Notes: a model not told the origin generated them from the sequence alone. Positions 39,276 through 49,221 are shown, counted from the stretch's first letter. The stretch is DNA of 64,000 nucleotides from Candidatus Hecatella orcuttiae (GCA_002011035.2 MTLY02000001.1:32001-96000), one strand, 5' to 3'. Numbers and translations are program-made.

Positions 39276-40328
39276 TTAGATAACTCCAGTATTTTTAGCT
39301 AATCTATGAGCAGCGTCTTTACTTAAACCCTTTTCTCCTAGGATGGTGTACCTTTGGGGTCTTATTTTATGAGCCATAGCCAATGCCTCCACCACATCCT
39401 GAGGGGAAACATGAAGCTCCTCCGCTGTGGTAGGCGCTCCTACTTTTCGGAGGACATCCCTAACCATCTTCCACTTCAACTTGTGAAGATACGCCATCAT
39501 GATGGTTCCCACCCCGCAGCGTTCACCGTGAAGAGCCCGGTCGGGAGCTATCATGTTTAAGGCGTGACTGAAGAGATGCTCGGAACCGCTGCAAGGCCTA
39601 GAGCTGCCTGCAATGCTCATGGCTACTCCGCAGCTGATGAGAGCCTCCACCACGATGCGCACTCCCTGTTGCGAGTTTTCGTGAATCAGGTCAGCGTTCT
39701 TGGACACCAAGCGGGCACTCATCAAAGCTAGGTTGGCAGCGTAGTCCCCATAATACTCGTTTTGAAGCTGGTGGGAAAGCCACCAGTCCTTGACCGCTGT
39801 ATATTTCGCCATGATGTCCCCACATCCGCTGGCTGTGAGCCGGTAGGGAGAGCCGGCGATCACGGAGATGTCGGCTATGATGGCCATGGGCGCTTGGGCG
39901 CCGACGGAAAGAGGCTTCTCCAGTCCTTTAAGGGAGGCTTGGGGGCTGGCTATGCCGTCGTGGGAGGCAGCGGTAGGTATGCTGATGAACTGCACCTGGC
40001 TTTTCGCGGAGCTGAGCTTGGTGACGTCGATGATTTTTCCTCCCCCCACACCTAAAACCACTTGGGGTTTAGACTCTTTGATCTTCCTCTCAGCGGCTTC
40101 AACCCAGTGAACGGTAGGCTCAGGGACAATGAGTTCTTCCACATCGAAACCCGCATCGGACAAGGAGTCAAGCACAGCCTCCGCCGCGGTGCTACGGGTT
40201 CGAGGCCCAGATATTACTAATCCCTTTTCGGAGAAGCCTAAGCTTCTGCAGGCTTCCCCCACCAAGCGGAGTAGGTTGTTTCCGACGATGACTCTCCTCG
40301 GCAGCTCCATGGAGTGAACAGGTTGCAC
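39276..40328 (-). CDS. egsA: sn-glycerol-1-phosphate dehydrogenase
   Basis: GGGKIIDVTK, PTAASHDG, SRPCSGSEH, LHGE and RYTIL motifs. Confidence 0.95.
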   Translation of the reverse strand: MQPVHSMELPRRVIVGNNLLRLVGEACRSLGFSEKGLVISGPRTRSTAAEAVLDSLSDAGFDVEELIVPEPTVHWVEAAERKIKESKPQVVLGVGGGKIIDVTKLSSAKSQVQFISIPTAASHDGIASPQASLKGLEKPLSVGAQAPMAIIADISVIAGSPYRLTASGCGDIMAKYTAVKDWWLSHQLQNEYYGDYAANLALMSARLVSKNADLIHENSQQGVRIVVEALISCGVAMSIAGSSRPCSGSEHLFSHALNMIAPDRALHGERCGVGTIMMAYLHKLKWKMVRDVLRKVGAPTTAEELHVSPQDVVEALAMAHKIRPQRYTILGEKGLSKDAAHRLAKNTGVI

Positions 40329-40362
40329 GGTGTTTTATCCCCTGAACCTTTGATTCAAATCT

Positions 40363-41541
40363 TTATCCGCTCAGTAAGGCTTCTCCAAGGCGGGCTGCGA
40401 ACTCGGGATGGCTCTGCAGTTTCTTTCCAACCTTTTCGATGTTGAAGCCGCTGGCTAAGTTCACAATATCTTCTCCAGTCAAGATTTCAGCCAGCTGGTT
40501 TAACTCCGAGTCCCCCAGCTTCTCTATCAGTTTGAGGGAAAGGAGGCTGTTGGCTATGCGCCTACTCCAGTAGGCGTATCGGCGGGGGTATTCTTCCAGG
40601 TCCACGTCTCCCTGAACAGCCGCCCGCCCGGCTACCTCCCCCGCTATTTTTCCAGCCACGATGGAGGTGTGAATTCCCCCGCCAGTCAGGGGGATAACTT
40701 GCCCTGCAGCATCCCCGCAGAGGAGCACACCTTCCCCGTGGACCACCCGGCCGATCTGTCCTCCCACTGGAACAGGGGCTGCTTGAATTTCCACAACTCT
40801 CGCCTTCTCAAACTTGGCGGGATGAGCTGCTATAAATTTGTCTAGGTAAGGTTTTGCAGGGGCTCCCCGGACTCCGATGCCCACGTTGGCCGAGCTCTCG
40901 CTTTTTGGAAAAATCCAAGCATAACCCAAGGGAGCGACTTCATGGCCTACGTAGGTCTCCAAGACATGGGGGTCGTCTAAGCGGCAGTTAACCATCTTAT
41001 ATTGGACGCAGGGAATAACCTCGTATCCTTCTCTGCTGAAAAATTTCTTCGCCACCAAAGAAGTGACGCCGTCACATCCGACCAGCATCTTACACTTTAT
41101 CTCTCCGGTTTCGCCGAGCCGCTTCACCTTCAAGCGGAAAAGCCCCTGATTTTTTTCGACGTCTAAAACCGTCGCCCCCACTAGGATTTCAGCTCCCTGC
41201 TGAACTGCTTGGCATGCCAGTTCTTGGAGGAAGAGCTTCTTCTCCAAAAGGAAGCCTTCGCTGAAGCCCAGCTCCTCGGAGTAAATTTCAACCTTTTTCT
41301 CTTCGTTGGGAGCGTAGACCATGATGCCTTTCACTCTGTTGCAGATGAAACGGGGTGAGGGGTCTATCTCGGCGTCTGCTAACGTAGAGCCTGAAACAGC
41401 TTCCCCGCAGACCTTTGCCCCTAGGCTCCGCTCCTTCTCTAGGAGGAGAACTTCAGCTCCTGTTTGAGCTGCTTTCCGCGCAGCCATCAGCCCAGCCGGA
41501 CCTGCGCCTACCACCGCCACGTCGAAGGTTTCTTGGCTCAA
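40363..41541 (-). CDS. Geranylgeranyl reductase family protein (digeranylgeranylglycerophospholipid reductase)
   Basis: GAGPAG, PLGYAWIFP (PxxYxWxFP) and GDAAG..P..GGGI motifs. Confidence 0.85.
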   Translation of the reverse strand: MSQETFDVAVVGAGPAGLMAARKAAQTGAEVLLLEKERSLGAKVCGEAVSGSTLADAEIDPSPRFICNRVKGIMVYAPNEEKKVEIYSEELGFSEGFLLEKKLFLQELACQAVQQGAEILVGATVLDVEKNQGLFRLKVKRLGETGEIKCKMLVGCDGVTSLVAKKFFSREGYEVIPCVQYKMVNCRLDDPHVLETYVGHEVAPLGYAWIFPKSESSANVGIGVRGAPAKPYLDKFIAAHPAKFEKARVVEIQAAPVPVGGQIGRVVHGEGVLLCGDAAGQVIPLTGGGIHTSIVAGKIAGEVAGRAAVQGDVDLEEYPRRYAYWSRRIANSLLSLKLIEKLGDSELNQLAEILTGEDIVNLASGFNIEKVGKKLQSHPEFAARLGEALLSG

Positions 41542-41684
41542 AGAGACACCTGCTCAATAAAGTTATTTTTTAAGCAAAGCCAGATAAATACCTACTGTAT
41601 GCCGGTTGGAATAGCCTACCTTGGCCGCTTTTTAAGTAAAGGTTTATTATAGGTTGGTTTGCATATAATGTTTTAACATCGCAT

Positions 41685-43304
41685 TTGGTGGTGCCTATCT
41701 CGACCGAGCTGACGGTTGAAGAAAGGGTGAAAGTGGATACAGGGCGGGAGGTCGGCGCTGAGGAGCTCCTTCGGAAAACCCAGAGCCTCTGCCCTGAGTG
41801 CCTCAAACTCATCCCCGCGGAAATCTACGCCAAAGAAGATAAGGTCTGGATAAGAAAGCAGTGCCCCGACCACGGGGAAGTCGTAGACCTCTACTGGGGC
41901 TCCTACTCCATGTACCAAAGAGCCCAGAAATACGAAAGAAGGGGCAAAGGTATCGAGAACCCCAAGATCTCCAAGGCTCACCCCGTTTGCCCGGTGGACT
42001 GCGGTCTTTGCAATATCCACCTCACCCACACTGCTTTGGCCAACATCGTGGTTACCAACCGATGCGACCTCACATGTTGGTATTGTTTCTTCTTCGCTGA
42101 GAAGGCTGGCTACGTCTACGAGCCCACCCTCGACCAGATAAGAGAGATGGCTAGGGCGTTAAGAAACGAGCGGCCGGTCCCCGCCAACGCTGTTCAGCTT
42201 ACCGGAGGAGAACCCTGCCTTAGAGAAGATTTGGTGGACATTATCAGAATATGTAAGGAGGAAGGTATCGATCATGTTCAGCTTAACACCGACGGAATAA
42301 GACTGGCCACCGACCCCCACCTCGCTTCCAAGGTGAGGAAGGCAGGCGTCAACACGGTCTATTTGAGCTTCGACGGAGTTACCCCTAAGACTAATCCGAA
42401 GAACCACTGGGAAATTCCCGCGATCCTAGATAACTGCAGAAAAGCGGGGCTGGGCATTGTCTTCGTGCCTACCGTGCTGAAAACGGTGAACGACCACGAA
42501 GTAGGAGCCATCATCCGGCATGCGGTGAAAAACATCGATGTCGTCCGGGGAGTTAACTTCCAGCCTGTCTCTTTGGTTGGCAGGATGACGGAGCGGGAGA
42601 GGGCTCAGTACAGGATTACAATACCCGATGTGATTCAGAGGATCGAGGAGCAGATGGACGGGGAGATAGGCTCGGAGGACTTTTACACCGTGCCCTGCGT
42701 CACGGCTGTCAGCGACTTCGTGGAAGCCATAACCAAGAAGCCCAAATATGAGCTTGCCATCCACTTCGCCTGCGGCGCCGCCACCTACGTGTTCAAGGAA
42801 GGAGATCGGCTTATTCCTTTGCCGAGATTCGTCGATGTGGAAGGGCTCTTCGAGTATTTGAGGGAGAAAGCTGAGGAGATGAGGGCTGGGAAGAGTAAGT
42901 ATCTGGTTTTGCCTAAGATGCTTTTCAAGCTGGGAAGCTTCATCGACAAGGAAAAACAGCCCAAAGGCCTCAACCTCGCCAAGATTCTCTTCCAGATTTT
43001 CCTGAAGCATGACTATCGGGCGCTGGGGGTCTTCCACCACCGTTCCCTGTTCATCGGCCTGATGCATTTCCAAGACCTCTACAACTGGGACATTGAACGT
43101 GTTATGAAATGCGACATCCACTACGCTGTGCCCGACGGGAGGATCATACCCTTCTGCACCTTCAACGTTATACCCCAGTGGTACAGGGATAAAATCCAGA
43201 GAGAGTACGGAATTCCCGTCGAAGAATGGGAGAAAAAGACAGGTAGACGGCTGAGAGACGACCTCTACAAAAGGAAGATGCCCTCCGCGCCCATGGAAAG
43301 CTAG
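41685..43304 (+). CDS. tes: Radical SAM tetraether lipid synthase (Tes/GDGT-MAS)
   Basis: Rubredoxin-like SLCPEC...CPDHG, CPVDCGLC..H, CxxxCxxC (RCDLTCWYC), QLTGGEP, HFACG and CDIHY..PDGRIIPFC; lipid-gene context. Confidence 0.9.
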   Translation: MVVPISTELTVEERVKVDTGREVGAEELLRKTQSLCPECLKLIPAEIYAKEDKVWIRKQCPDHGEVVDLYWGSYSMYQRAQKYERRGKGIENPKISKAHPVCPVDCGLCNIHLTHTALANIVVTNRCDLTCWYCFFFAEKAGYVYEPTLDQIREMARALRNERPVPANAVQLTGGEPCLREDLVDIIRICKEEGIDHVQLNTDGIRLATDPHLASKVRKAGVNTVYLSFDGVTPKTNPKNHWEIPAILDNCRKAGLGIVFVPTVLKTVNDHEVGAIIRHAVKNIDVVRGVNFQPVSLVGRMTERERAQYRITIPDVIQRIEEQMDGEIGSEDFYTVPCVTAVSDFVEAITKKPKYELAIHFACGAATYVFKEGDRLIPLPRFVDVEGLFEYLREKAEEMRAGKSKYLVLPKMLFKLGSFIDKEKQPKGLNLAKILFQIFLKHDYRALGVFHHRSLFIGLMHFQDLYNWDIERVMKCDIHYAVPDGRIIPFCTFNVIPQWYRDKIQREYGIPVEEWEKKTGRRLRDDLYKRKMPSAPMES

Positions 43305-43356
43305 GCCGGCGGCAATGCGACGGCTGTCTTTATAAGGATGTCAAAGATATTGGAAA

Positions 43357-44739
43357 TTGAAGCCTGTTTCCGTTAACCTGCGGTCTGTGCCAGAGATGCC
43401 TGACCTGAGAAATTTTTTGAGGGAATCTGAAAAGATAGGAGACGTTTTCAAGGTCTCCCGGGAGGTCTCCGTTAAGTTCGAGGCCTCCGCCCTCATAAAG
43501 AGGCTGGAAGCTGAGGCCATCGTCTATCTGGAAAAGATCAGGGAGTCAGATTTCCCGGTGGTGGCCGGAGTCTGCGGGAGAAGAGAGCGGGTCCTCAGAG
43601 CATTGGGCGCGGGGGAAGCGGAGTTTTACAGCCGTCTGCTGGGGGCGCTTCAATCCCCTGTAAAAGCTGAAAGGGGAGAAGACGGCCCCGTGAAGGAGGT
43701 GAAGGAGGCTCCTGACCTTCGAAGGCTTCCCATCCTCACCCACTACGAGGGAGACGGGGGCCCCTATATTACCTCCGCGTTGGTTTCAGCCCGAAGCCTC
43801 GACGGCCGGGTGGAGAACGTCTCCATCCATAGGCTTCAAGTTTTGGATAACCGTCGCCTCGCCATAAGACTGGTGCCCCGGCATCTCTACCAGCTTCACC
43901 AGTCGGCTAAGGAGGCGCACAGGGCTTTGGATGTGGTCATCTCTATAGGGGTTCATCCCGCTCTCTCCCTAGCGGCCTCGTCCCCCGCTCCTTTTGGGGT
44001 GAGCGAATACGATGTGGCAAACGCCTTGCTGGGCGGAGGGCTTAAGCTGGTCAGGGGTGAGTCGGTGGAGGCCTACGCTCCAGCGGAGGCTGAGATAGTC
44101 TTGGAGGGTAGGCTGCTGCCTGGGGAGGAAGTGGAGGAAGGCCCTTTCGTGGACTTGACGGAAACCTATGATGCTGTCCGCCGGCAGCCGGTGGTGGAGG
44201 TTGTGAAGGTTTTCAGAAGGGAGAAACCCCTCTACCAAGCTCTCCAGCCCGGAGGCTGCGAGCATAGGCTTCTGATGGGCATGGCTCGGGAGGCTAAGAT
44301 CTGGGAGGCGGTGAGAAACGTGGTTCCTGTGGTTAAGGCCGTCAACCTGACGGTGGGAGGATGCGGATGGCTTCACGCTGTCATAGCCGCGGAGAAACAG
44401 ACAGACGGGGATGCCAAAAACATCATCCTCGCCGCCTTCGCCGCCCATCCCAGCCTGAAACATGTAACCGTAGTCGACCCTGACATCGACGTTCACAACC
44501 CTAGGGAGGTGGAGTGGGCTCTGGCTACCAGGTTTCAGGCCGATAAAGACTTAGTGGTGATTCCTCGGGCTCGAGGGTCAACTTTAGACCCTTCAGGAGA
44601 CCAGAAGGAGGGCTTAACCGCCAAGATGGGGTTTGACGCTACAGTCCCCCGAACCTTGCCCAAAGAAAAATTCTCCAAGGCAAAGATTCCGGGGGAAGAG
44701 GAAACTTGCCGCCGTTTTCTAGGGGAAGCTGGAAGGTGA
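43357..44739 (+). CDS. UbiD-family decarboxylase, probable anhydromevalonate phosphate decarboxylase
   Basis: NVSIHR, EGPF, VVD.DID and GSTLDPS motifs; co-transcribed with the AcnX subunits and IPK. Confidence 0.85.
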   Translation: MKPVSVNLRSVPEMPDLRNFLRESEKIGDVFKVSREVSVKFEASALIKRLEAEAIVYLEKIRESDFPVVAGVCGRRERVLRALGAGEAEFYSRLLGALQSPVKAERGEDGPVKEVKEAPDLRRLPILTHYEGDGGPYITSALVSARSLDGRVENVSIHRLQVLDNRRLAIRLVPRHLYQLHQSAKEAHRALDVVISIGVHPALSLAASSPAPFGVSEYDVANALLGGGLKLVRGESVEAYAPAEAEIVLEGRLLPGEEVEEGPFVDLTETYDAVRRQPVVEVVKVFRREKPLYQALQPGGCEHRLLMGMAREAKIWEAVRNVVPVVKAVNLTVGGCGWLHAVIAAEKQTDGDAKNIILAAFAAHPSLKHVTVVDPDIDVHNPREVEWALATRFQADKDLVVIPRARGSTLDPSGDQKEGLTAKMGFDATVPRTLPKEKFSKAKIPGEEETCRRFLGEAGR

Positions 44740-44746
44740 CTTATCC

Positions 44747-45952
44747 CTGTTCTTAACCAGAGAAGAAGAGCGTATTTTGAACGGGGAGAAAGGTGAGGCC
44801 GCGGCGACTTGCATGCGGCTTCTCGTCACCTTGGGGGAGCTTTTCGAGGCGGATAGGATGATCCCCATAACCAGCGCCCACGTTTCAGGAGTTTCCTATA
44901 AAAACATCGGCACCGCCGGCTTGGAGCTTCTGGAGGAACTGGCCGGAAAAGGGGCGAAGGTTCAGGTGAAGACCACCCTCAACCCGACGGGGATGGATTT
45001 TTTTAAATGGAGAGAAGTGGGTGTAAAAGAGGAATTCGCCCGCGAACAGCTGCGGATCGTTGAGGCCTTCCGAAAGATGGGCTTACTGGAGGAGTTAACC
45101 TGCATACCCTACGAGGCGGGTAACCGGCCTTCGGCTGGGGAGCATGTTGCCTGGGCTGAATCCTCCGCCCTAGCCTACGCTAACTCCGTCCTAGGCGCTC
45201 GGACTAACCGGGAAAGCGGCATCTCCGCTCTTGCCAGCGCTGCGGTAGGCCGGACGCCCTACTACGGCCTCCACCTAGACGAAAACAGGGCGCCCACTCT
45301 CCTTGTGCAAGCTCCCCCGGAGCTGGAAGATCCTTTGGAATTCAGCGCCCTGGGATATTTCATCGGACAGAACTTCGGGAGAGCCGTCCCTCTTATTCGA
45401 GGGCTGAAAACCGTAAGGCCTGAAGGGTTGAAGGCCCTTGGAGCCGGGATGGCTGCCTCGGGGGCTGTGGCCCTCTACCACGTGGAAGGCCTGACTCCCG
45501 AAGCCCACCGTTTCTCGGAGAAGCCTCTGGGAGGCTGGGAGAGGCTGAGGGTGGATAGAAAAGACTTGGAGGAGACCCTTCGGAAGCTTTCCTGCGGGGC
45601 TGAGGGCGGTTATGACTGCGTTTTTCTCGGCTGTCCTCATTACAGCCTCCGCCAGCTTGAAAGGCTTACCTCCAAAGTGAGGGGAAGAAGGCTGCGTCGA
45701 AGGCTTTGGGTTTGCACCTCCAGAAAAGTCTATGAGGAAGCTGAAAGGAGAGGCTATGTGGCTGCCATAGAGGAGGCGGGAGGAGTGGTGCTCAGGGACA
45801 CCTGCATGATAGTTTCCCCCACTGAGGAGTTAGGCATAGACACCGTGCTCACCGACTCCTGCAAGGCAGCGCATTATTTTCCCAGCCTCTGCAGGGTTAA
45901 AGCCAGCCTTGGAACCTTGGACGCCTGCGTGGAGGCCGCTGTAAGGCGTTGA
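44747..45952 (+). CDS. Phosphomevalonate dehydratase large subunit (aconitase X)
   Basis: GVSYKNIG, TCIPY, WAESSA, GCPH, DTCM and SCK. Start extended to CTG 44747 to recover MFLTREEERILNGE. Confidence 0.88.
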   Translation: MFLTREEERILNGEKGEAAATCMRLLVTLGELFEADRMIPITSAHVSGVSYKNIGTAGLELLEELAGKGAKVQVKTTLNPTGMDFFKWREVGVKEEFAREQLRIVEAFRKMGLLEELTCIPYEAGNRPSAGEHVAWAESSALAYANSVLGARTNRESGISALASAAVGRTPYYGLHLDENRAPTLLVQAPPELEDPLEFSALGYFIGQNFGRAVPLIRGLKTVRPEGLKALGAGMAASGAVALYHVEGLTPEAHRFSEKPLGGWERLRVDRKDLEETLRKLSCGAEGGYDCVFLGCPHYSLRQLERLTSKVRGRRLRRRLWVCTSRKVYEEAERRGYVAAIEEAGGVVLRDTCMIVSPTEELGIDTVLTDSCKAAHYFPSLCRVKASLGTLDACVEAAVRR

Positions 45953-46365
45953 GAACCCTGACCCTTAGGGGGAGAAAGCTGGTAGGCGGCTTGGCTGAGG
46001 GAGTCGCCCTTGTGACCAAGCAGCCCATATCCTTCTTCGGAGGCGTAAAACCGGAAACAGGCTTGGTGGTGGAAAGAGGCCACGAGCTTCAAGGCAAAAG
46101 TATCAGGGGAAAAGTTTTAGTTTTTCCTCACGGTAAGGGTAGCACTGTGGGCTCCTACACGCTTTATGCCTTAGCCAAACAGGGCGCGGCCCCTAGGGCT
46201 ATCGTCAACCTTGAAACCGAGCCCATCATAGCCGTGGGCTGCGCTTTGACGGGGATACCGTTAGTGGACAGGCTGAACAAGGACCCTTTGGAAGTCATTG
46301 ACACGGGGGATTATGTGAAGATCCTCGAAGATGGCACCGTGGAGGTAAGAAAAAGCCTAGCGTAA
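45949..46365 (+). CDS. Phosphomevalonate dehydratase small subunit (DUF126 swivel domain)
   Basis: ISFFGGV...G and FPHGKGSTVGSY motifs. Confidence 0.9.
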   Translation: MRTLTLRGRKLVGGLAEGVALVTKQPISFFGGVKPETGLVVERGHELQGKSIRGKVLVFPHGKGSTVGSYTLYALAKQGAAPRAIVNLETEPIIAVGCALTGIPLVDRLNKDPLEVIDTGDYVKILEDGTVEVRKSLA

Positions 46366-46384
46366 GCCCCCGGGGTGAAAGGCT

Positions 46385-47191
46385 ATTCAACGTAACAAGT
46401 TAACCATTCTCAAGCTGGGCGGCTCGGTTATAACGGTGAAGGAGGAGAGATACACCCCCAACCAGGCTGCTATCTCTCGGCTTGTTGGAGAAATTAAGCA
46501 GGCTGAGGTTAAGCCGCTGATCCTAATCCACGGAGGAGGCAGCTACGGCCACCCCATCGCCAAGGACCACCAGATAAAGGGAGGCTACCGGGAGCCTTCT
46601 CAGCTTCAAGGTTTTGCCAAAACCCATCAAGCCATGGTCACCCTCAACGGAATGGTTTTAGAGGCTCTTCTTCAGGAGGACATACCCTCCATGAGTCTTC
46701 CCCCCTCTGCTTTCCTGACCACGGACAGGGGGCGTATCCGCTTCTTGGAGCTGAGGCCCATCCTCAAACTTTTGGAGCTAGGCGTCCTCCCCGTGCTCTA
46801 CGGCGATGCCGTCTTGGATTCAACCCTAGGCTTCACCATTCTATCCGGAGACCAGCTGGCCGCCCACCTCGCCATAAAGCTTAACGCAGGCCGAATCATC
46901 ATGGGCATAGACGTGGACGGCATTTACTCGAGAAACCCGAAAACAGACCCCTCAGCGCAGCTTATCCCCCATCTCACCCTCCATGAGCTGAGGGAAGTTC
47001 TCAAGCACCTTCAGGAAGAGACAGTGGAGGAAGCCGATGTCACAGGAAGCATGGCGGGGAAGATTCAGGAACTCATACCCGCCCTCAAACGGGGAGCCCA
47101 AGCCCTGATAGTAAATGCGGAAAAACCGGGCAACATCTACAAGGCTCTAAAACGGGAGCAAGTCCTAGGGACGACGCTTCAGGCAGTGTAG
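46385..47191 (+). CDS. Isopentenyl phosphate kinase
   Basis: ILKLGGSVIT (upstream of the tracked GTG), HGGGSYGH, SGD and DVTGSMAGK; proposed ATT start after GGGGTGA. Confidence 0.88.
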   Translation: MQRNKLTILKLGGSVITVKEERYTPNQAAISRLVGEIKQAEVKPLILIHGGGSYGHPIAKDHQIKGGYREPSQLQGFAKTHQAMVTLNGMVLEALLQEDIPSMSLPPSAFLTTDRGRIRFLELRPILKLLELGVLPVLYGDAVLDSTLGFTILSGDQLAAHLAIKLNAGRIIMGIDVDGIYSRNPKTDPSAQLIPHLTLHELREVLKHLQEETVEEADVTGSMAGKIQELIPALKRGAQALIVNAEKPGNIYKALKREQVLGTTLQAV

Positions 47192-47244
47192 TGAAAAACC
47201 ATGCCATATTTGTGCATATTTGTGCATGGCTTCCAGAAGCAAGC

Positions 47245-48243
47245 TTAGCCGACGCAGCCTTTTCCAACCCACGACCTCAGACCTCTCTCATCAGTCTCCA
47301 CCAAATAGGTTTCTCCGTGGAGCCTCTGCAAAGCCTTAGCCACGTTTTCAAGGTCTTCTCCTCGAGCTAAGGCGATCATGCAGCCGCCGCCTCCCCCACC
47401 TGTCAGCTTAGCTCCGAGGGCTCCGGCGTTTCTAGCCGCCTCGATGAAGAGCTCCAGCCTCTTGTGGGAGACTCCCACAGCTGAAAGCAGCTTCTGGTTT
47501 TCATCCATACACCTGCCCAGTTGAGGGAGGTCTCCTCTCCTGATGGCTTCAGCAGCCTGCAACGTCAGCCGCCTAGCAGCCTTCAAGTTTTTCCTCATCA
47601 AGGCTTCTCTTTCCTCCGCCAAACTGCTTACCTTTTTAACCAAGACCCCCGTAGACCGGCGGATGCCTGTGTTCCCAACGACCAAGCGAAGCGGCCTAGC
47701 TGCTTTCAAAAACTTAACCGGAGCGCCTTGCTGGAAAAAAATGATGCCTCCGTGGATGCAGGTAGCTTGGTCTATTCCTGAAGGCCGGTAGTGGAGGAGG
47801 CGCTCGGAGAAATAGCTCAGCCTCAAGACTTCCTCCCTAGACAGTTTTAACCCCACAAACCGGGCTACAGCTGCCACGGTGGACACAGCCATGGCGGCGG
47901 AGGAGCCCAGACCCACCTGTATGGGGATTCCCGATTCAACCTCCACATCCAAGTCTAACGGGGGACTGCCTGCGTAGTCTAAGACGGCTTCCGCAGCTAT
48001 CTTTATGGGCCTCAGCAGTCTGCCGCCGGCTTTACCTCCCACCTCCGCCTTGTACCTGCCACCGTGGAAGAGGCCGGCTGCTTTAAGGCCTCTGGAAGAT
48101 ACGTGAATCCCAGCCTCAACCCCTTTCCTCACCCGGGCTTCCGCATAGAGGTTGACGGCCATGCTTATGGCGGGGGCTCCGTGAACGCAGAAATGCTCCC
48201 CCAAAAGGATGGTTTTAGCCGGGGCCCTAGCGGCTGAAAACAT
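47245..48243 (-). CDS. mvk: Mevalonate kinase
   Basis: PAKTILLGEH, GLGSSAA, SGID and GAKLTGGGGGG GHMP motifs. Confidence 0.92.
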   Translation of the reverse strand: MFSAARAPAKTILLGEHFCVHGAPAISMAVNLYAEARVRKGVEAGIHVSSRGLKAAGLFHGGRYKAEVGGKAGGRLLRPIKIAAEAVLDYAGSPPLDLDVEVESGIPIQVGLGSSAAMAVSTVAAVARFVGLKLSREEVLRLSYFSERLLHYRPSGIDQATCIHGGIIFFQQGAPVKFLKAARPLRLVVGNTGIRRSTGVLVKKVSSLAEEREALMRKNLKAARRLTLQAAEAIRRGDLPQLGRCMDENQKLLSAVGVSHKRLELFIEAARNAGALGAKLTGGGGGGCMIALARGEDLENVAKALQRLHGETYLVETDERGLRSWVGKGCVG

Positions 48244-48285
48244 GGAATAAAATCAGGAATAAAAGATTTAAAGGCGTTGCTGAAC

Positions 48286-48642
48286 TCACATTCCGAGAAC
48301 CTTTTTCACCACGTTGACTTCCTTGAGGCTGATGTTCCTCCACTTAATCTTCCCCGTAAGGAGGTCGATGACGTTAACCCTCTTCTGGTCGATCATCTTC
48401 TGGAGAATTTCCTTACTGGTTTCCAAGTACATGTCCTCCGGGCAGTTTTCAGGGGAAACCGTCATCCGCAAACCGTCGACGGAAAGATGAAAAACGTAGA
48501 CAGCGTCGTCCGTAACCTTCAGCACAATAGTCCTCCCTTCATATTCCTTTAAAAGATCACGAAGCTGAGGCTCACTCTGCAGCCGCTTGTTAAACTTGAT
48601 GATCCCGTTGTCAAAGCGTTCCTTAAACGACATGGGACTCAT
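48286..48642 (-). CDS. SCP2 (sterol-carrier)-like small protein
   Basis: Helix/strand pattern ending DLLTGKIKW, similar to the SCP2 'G.lki' C-terminus; lipid cluster context. Confidence 0.5.
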   Translation of the reverse strand: MSPMSFKERFDNGIIKFNKRLQSEPQLRDLLKEYEGRTIVLKVTDDAVYVFHLSVDGLRMTVSPENCPEDMYLETSKEILQKMIDQKRVNVIDLLTGKIKWRNISLKEVNVVKKVLGM

Positions 48643-48754
48643 TAATTATGAAAAGACATTTAAAATTTACCCCAAAGTGTGATCCTTTGCTTCCATAAGC
48701 AGTTTTAAATACTATAAAAAGGGGAAATAATAGGTTAAAAGGAGTTTATGAATC

Positions 48755-48901
48755 ATGACAGAAGGATTCTGTATGAAATGCCGGAGAAAAGTGGAGATGG
48801 CGGACGCAAGAGAAGAAACATTGAAAAATAAGCGAAGAGCCTTGGTGGGCAGATGCCCCGCCTGCGGCACAAAAGTCGTAAAAATACTTAAAAAAGCCTA
48901 A
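48755..48901 (+). CDS. 48-aa basic zinc-ribbon protein (DUF5679-like; not in ORF track)
   Basis: MTEGFCMKCRRKVEMADAREETLKNKRRALVGRCPACGTKVVKILKKA*; upstream TTTAAATA and GGAG. Confidence 0.8.
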   Translation: MTEGFCMKCRRKVEMADAREETLKNKRRALVGRCPACGTKVVKILKKA

Positions 48902-49221
48902 CCCATCTGAAAGCCCTAAACCAACTTAAACCCGGCCGGATTCCAGCCACACGGCCTTTTTCTCAAAAAGGCTTAAAACCGTTAGAACTCCCTCCAAAGC
49001 ATCCGGTGCTCTTCCCGCCAGTTTATCCGAAATTTGAAGCTTAAAGCGGGAAGGTTGCACTTTAAATTTTGAAGAAAGCAGTCTTGTATAGGCTGGTTTC
49101 TTTTTCCTCTAAAAACGTTTTAATCAGTTTAGGCTGAAACTTTTAATCGCATCTCGTTGAATACTATTCTCGAAGAAAAAAAAGCTGAGAGACTGGAGGA
49201 GCATTTCTTCGGCTGAGCGAC

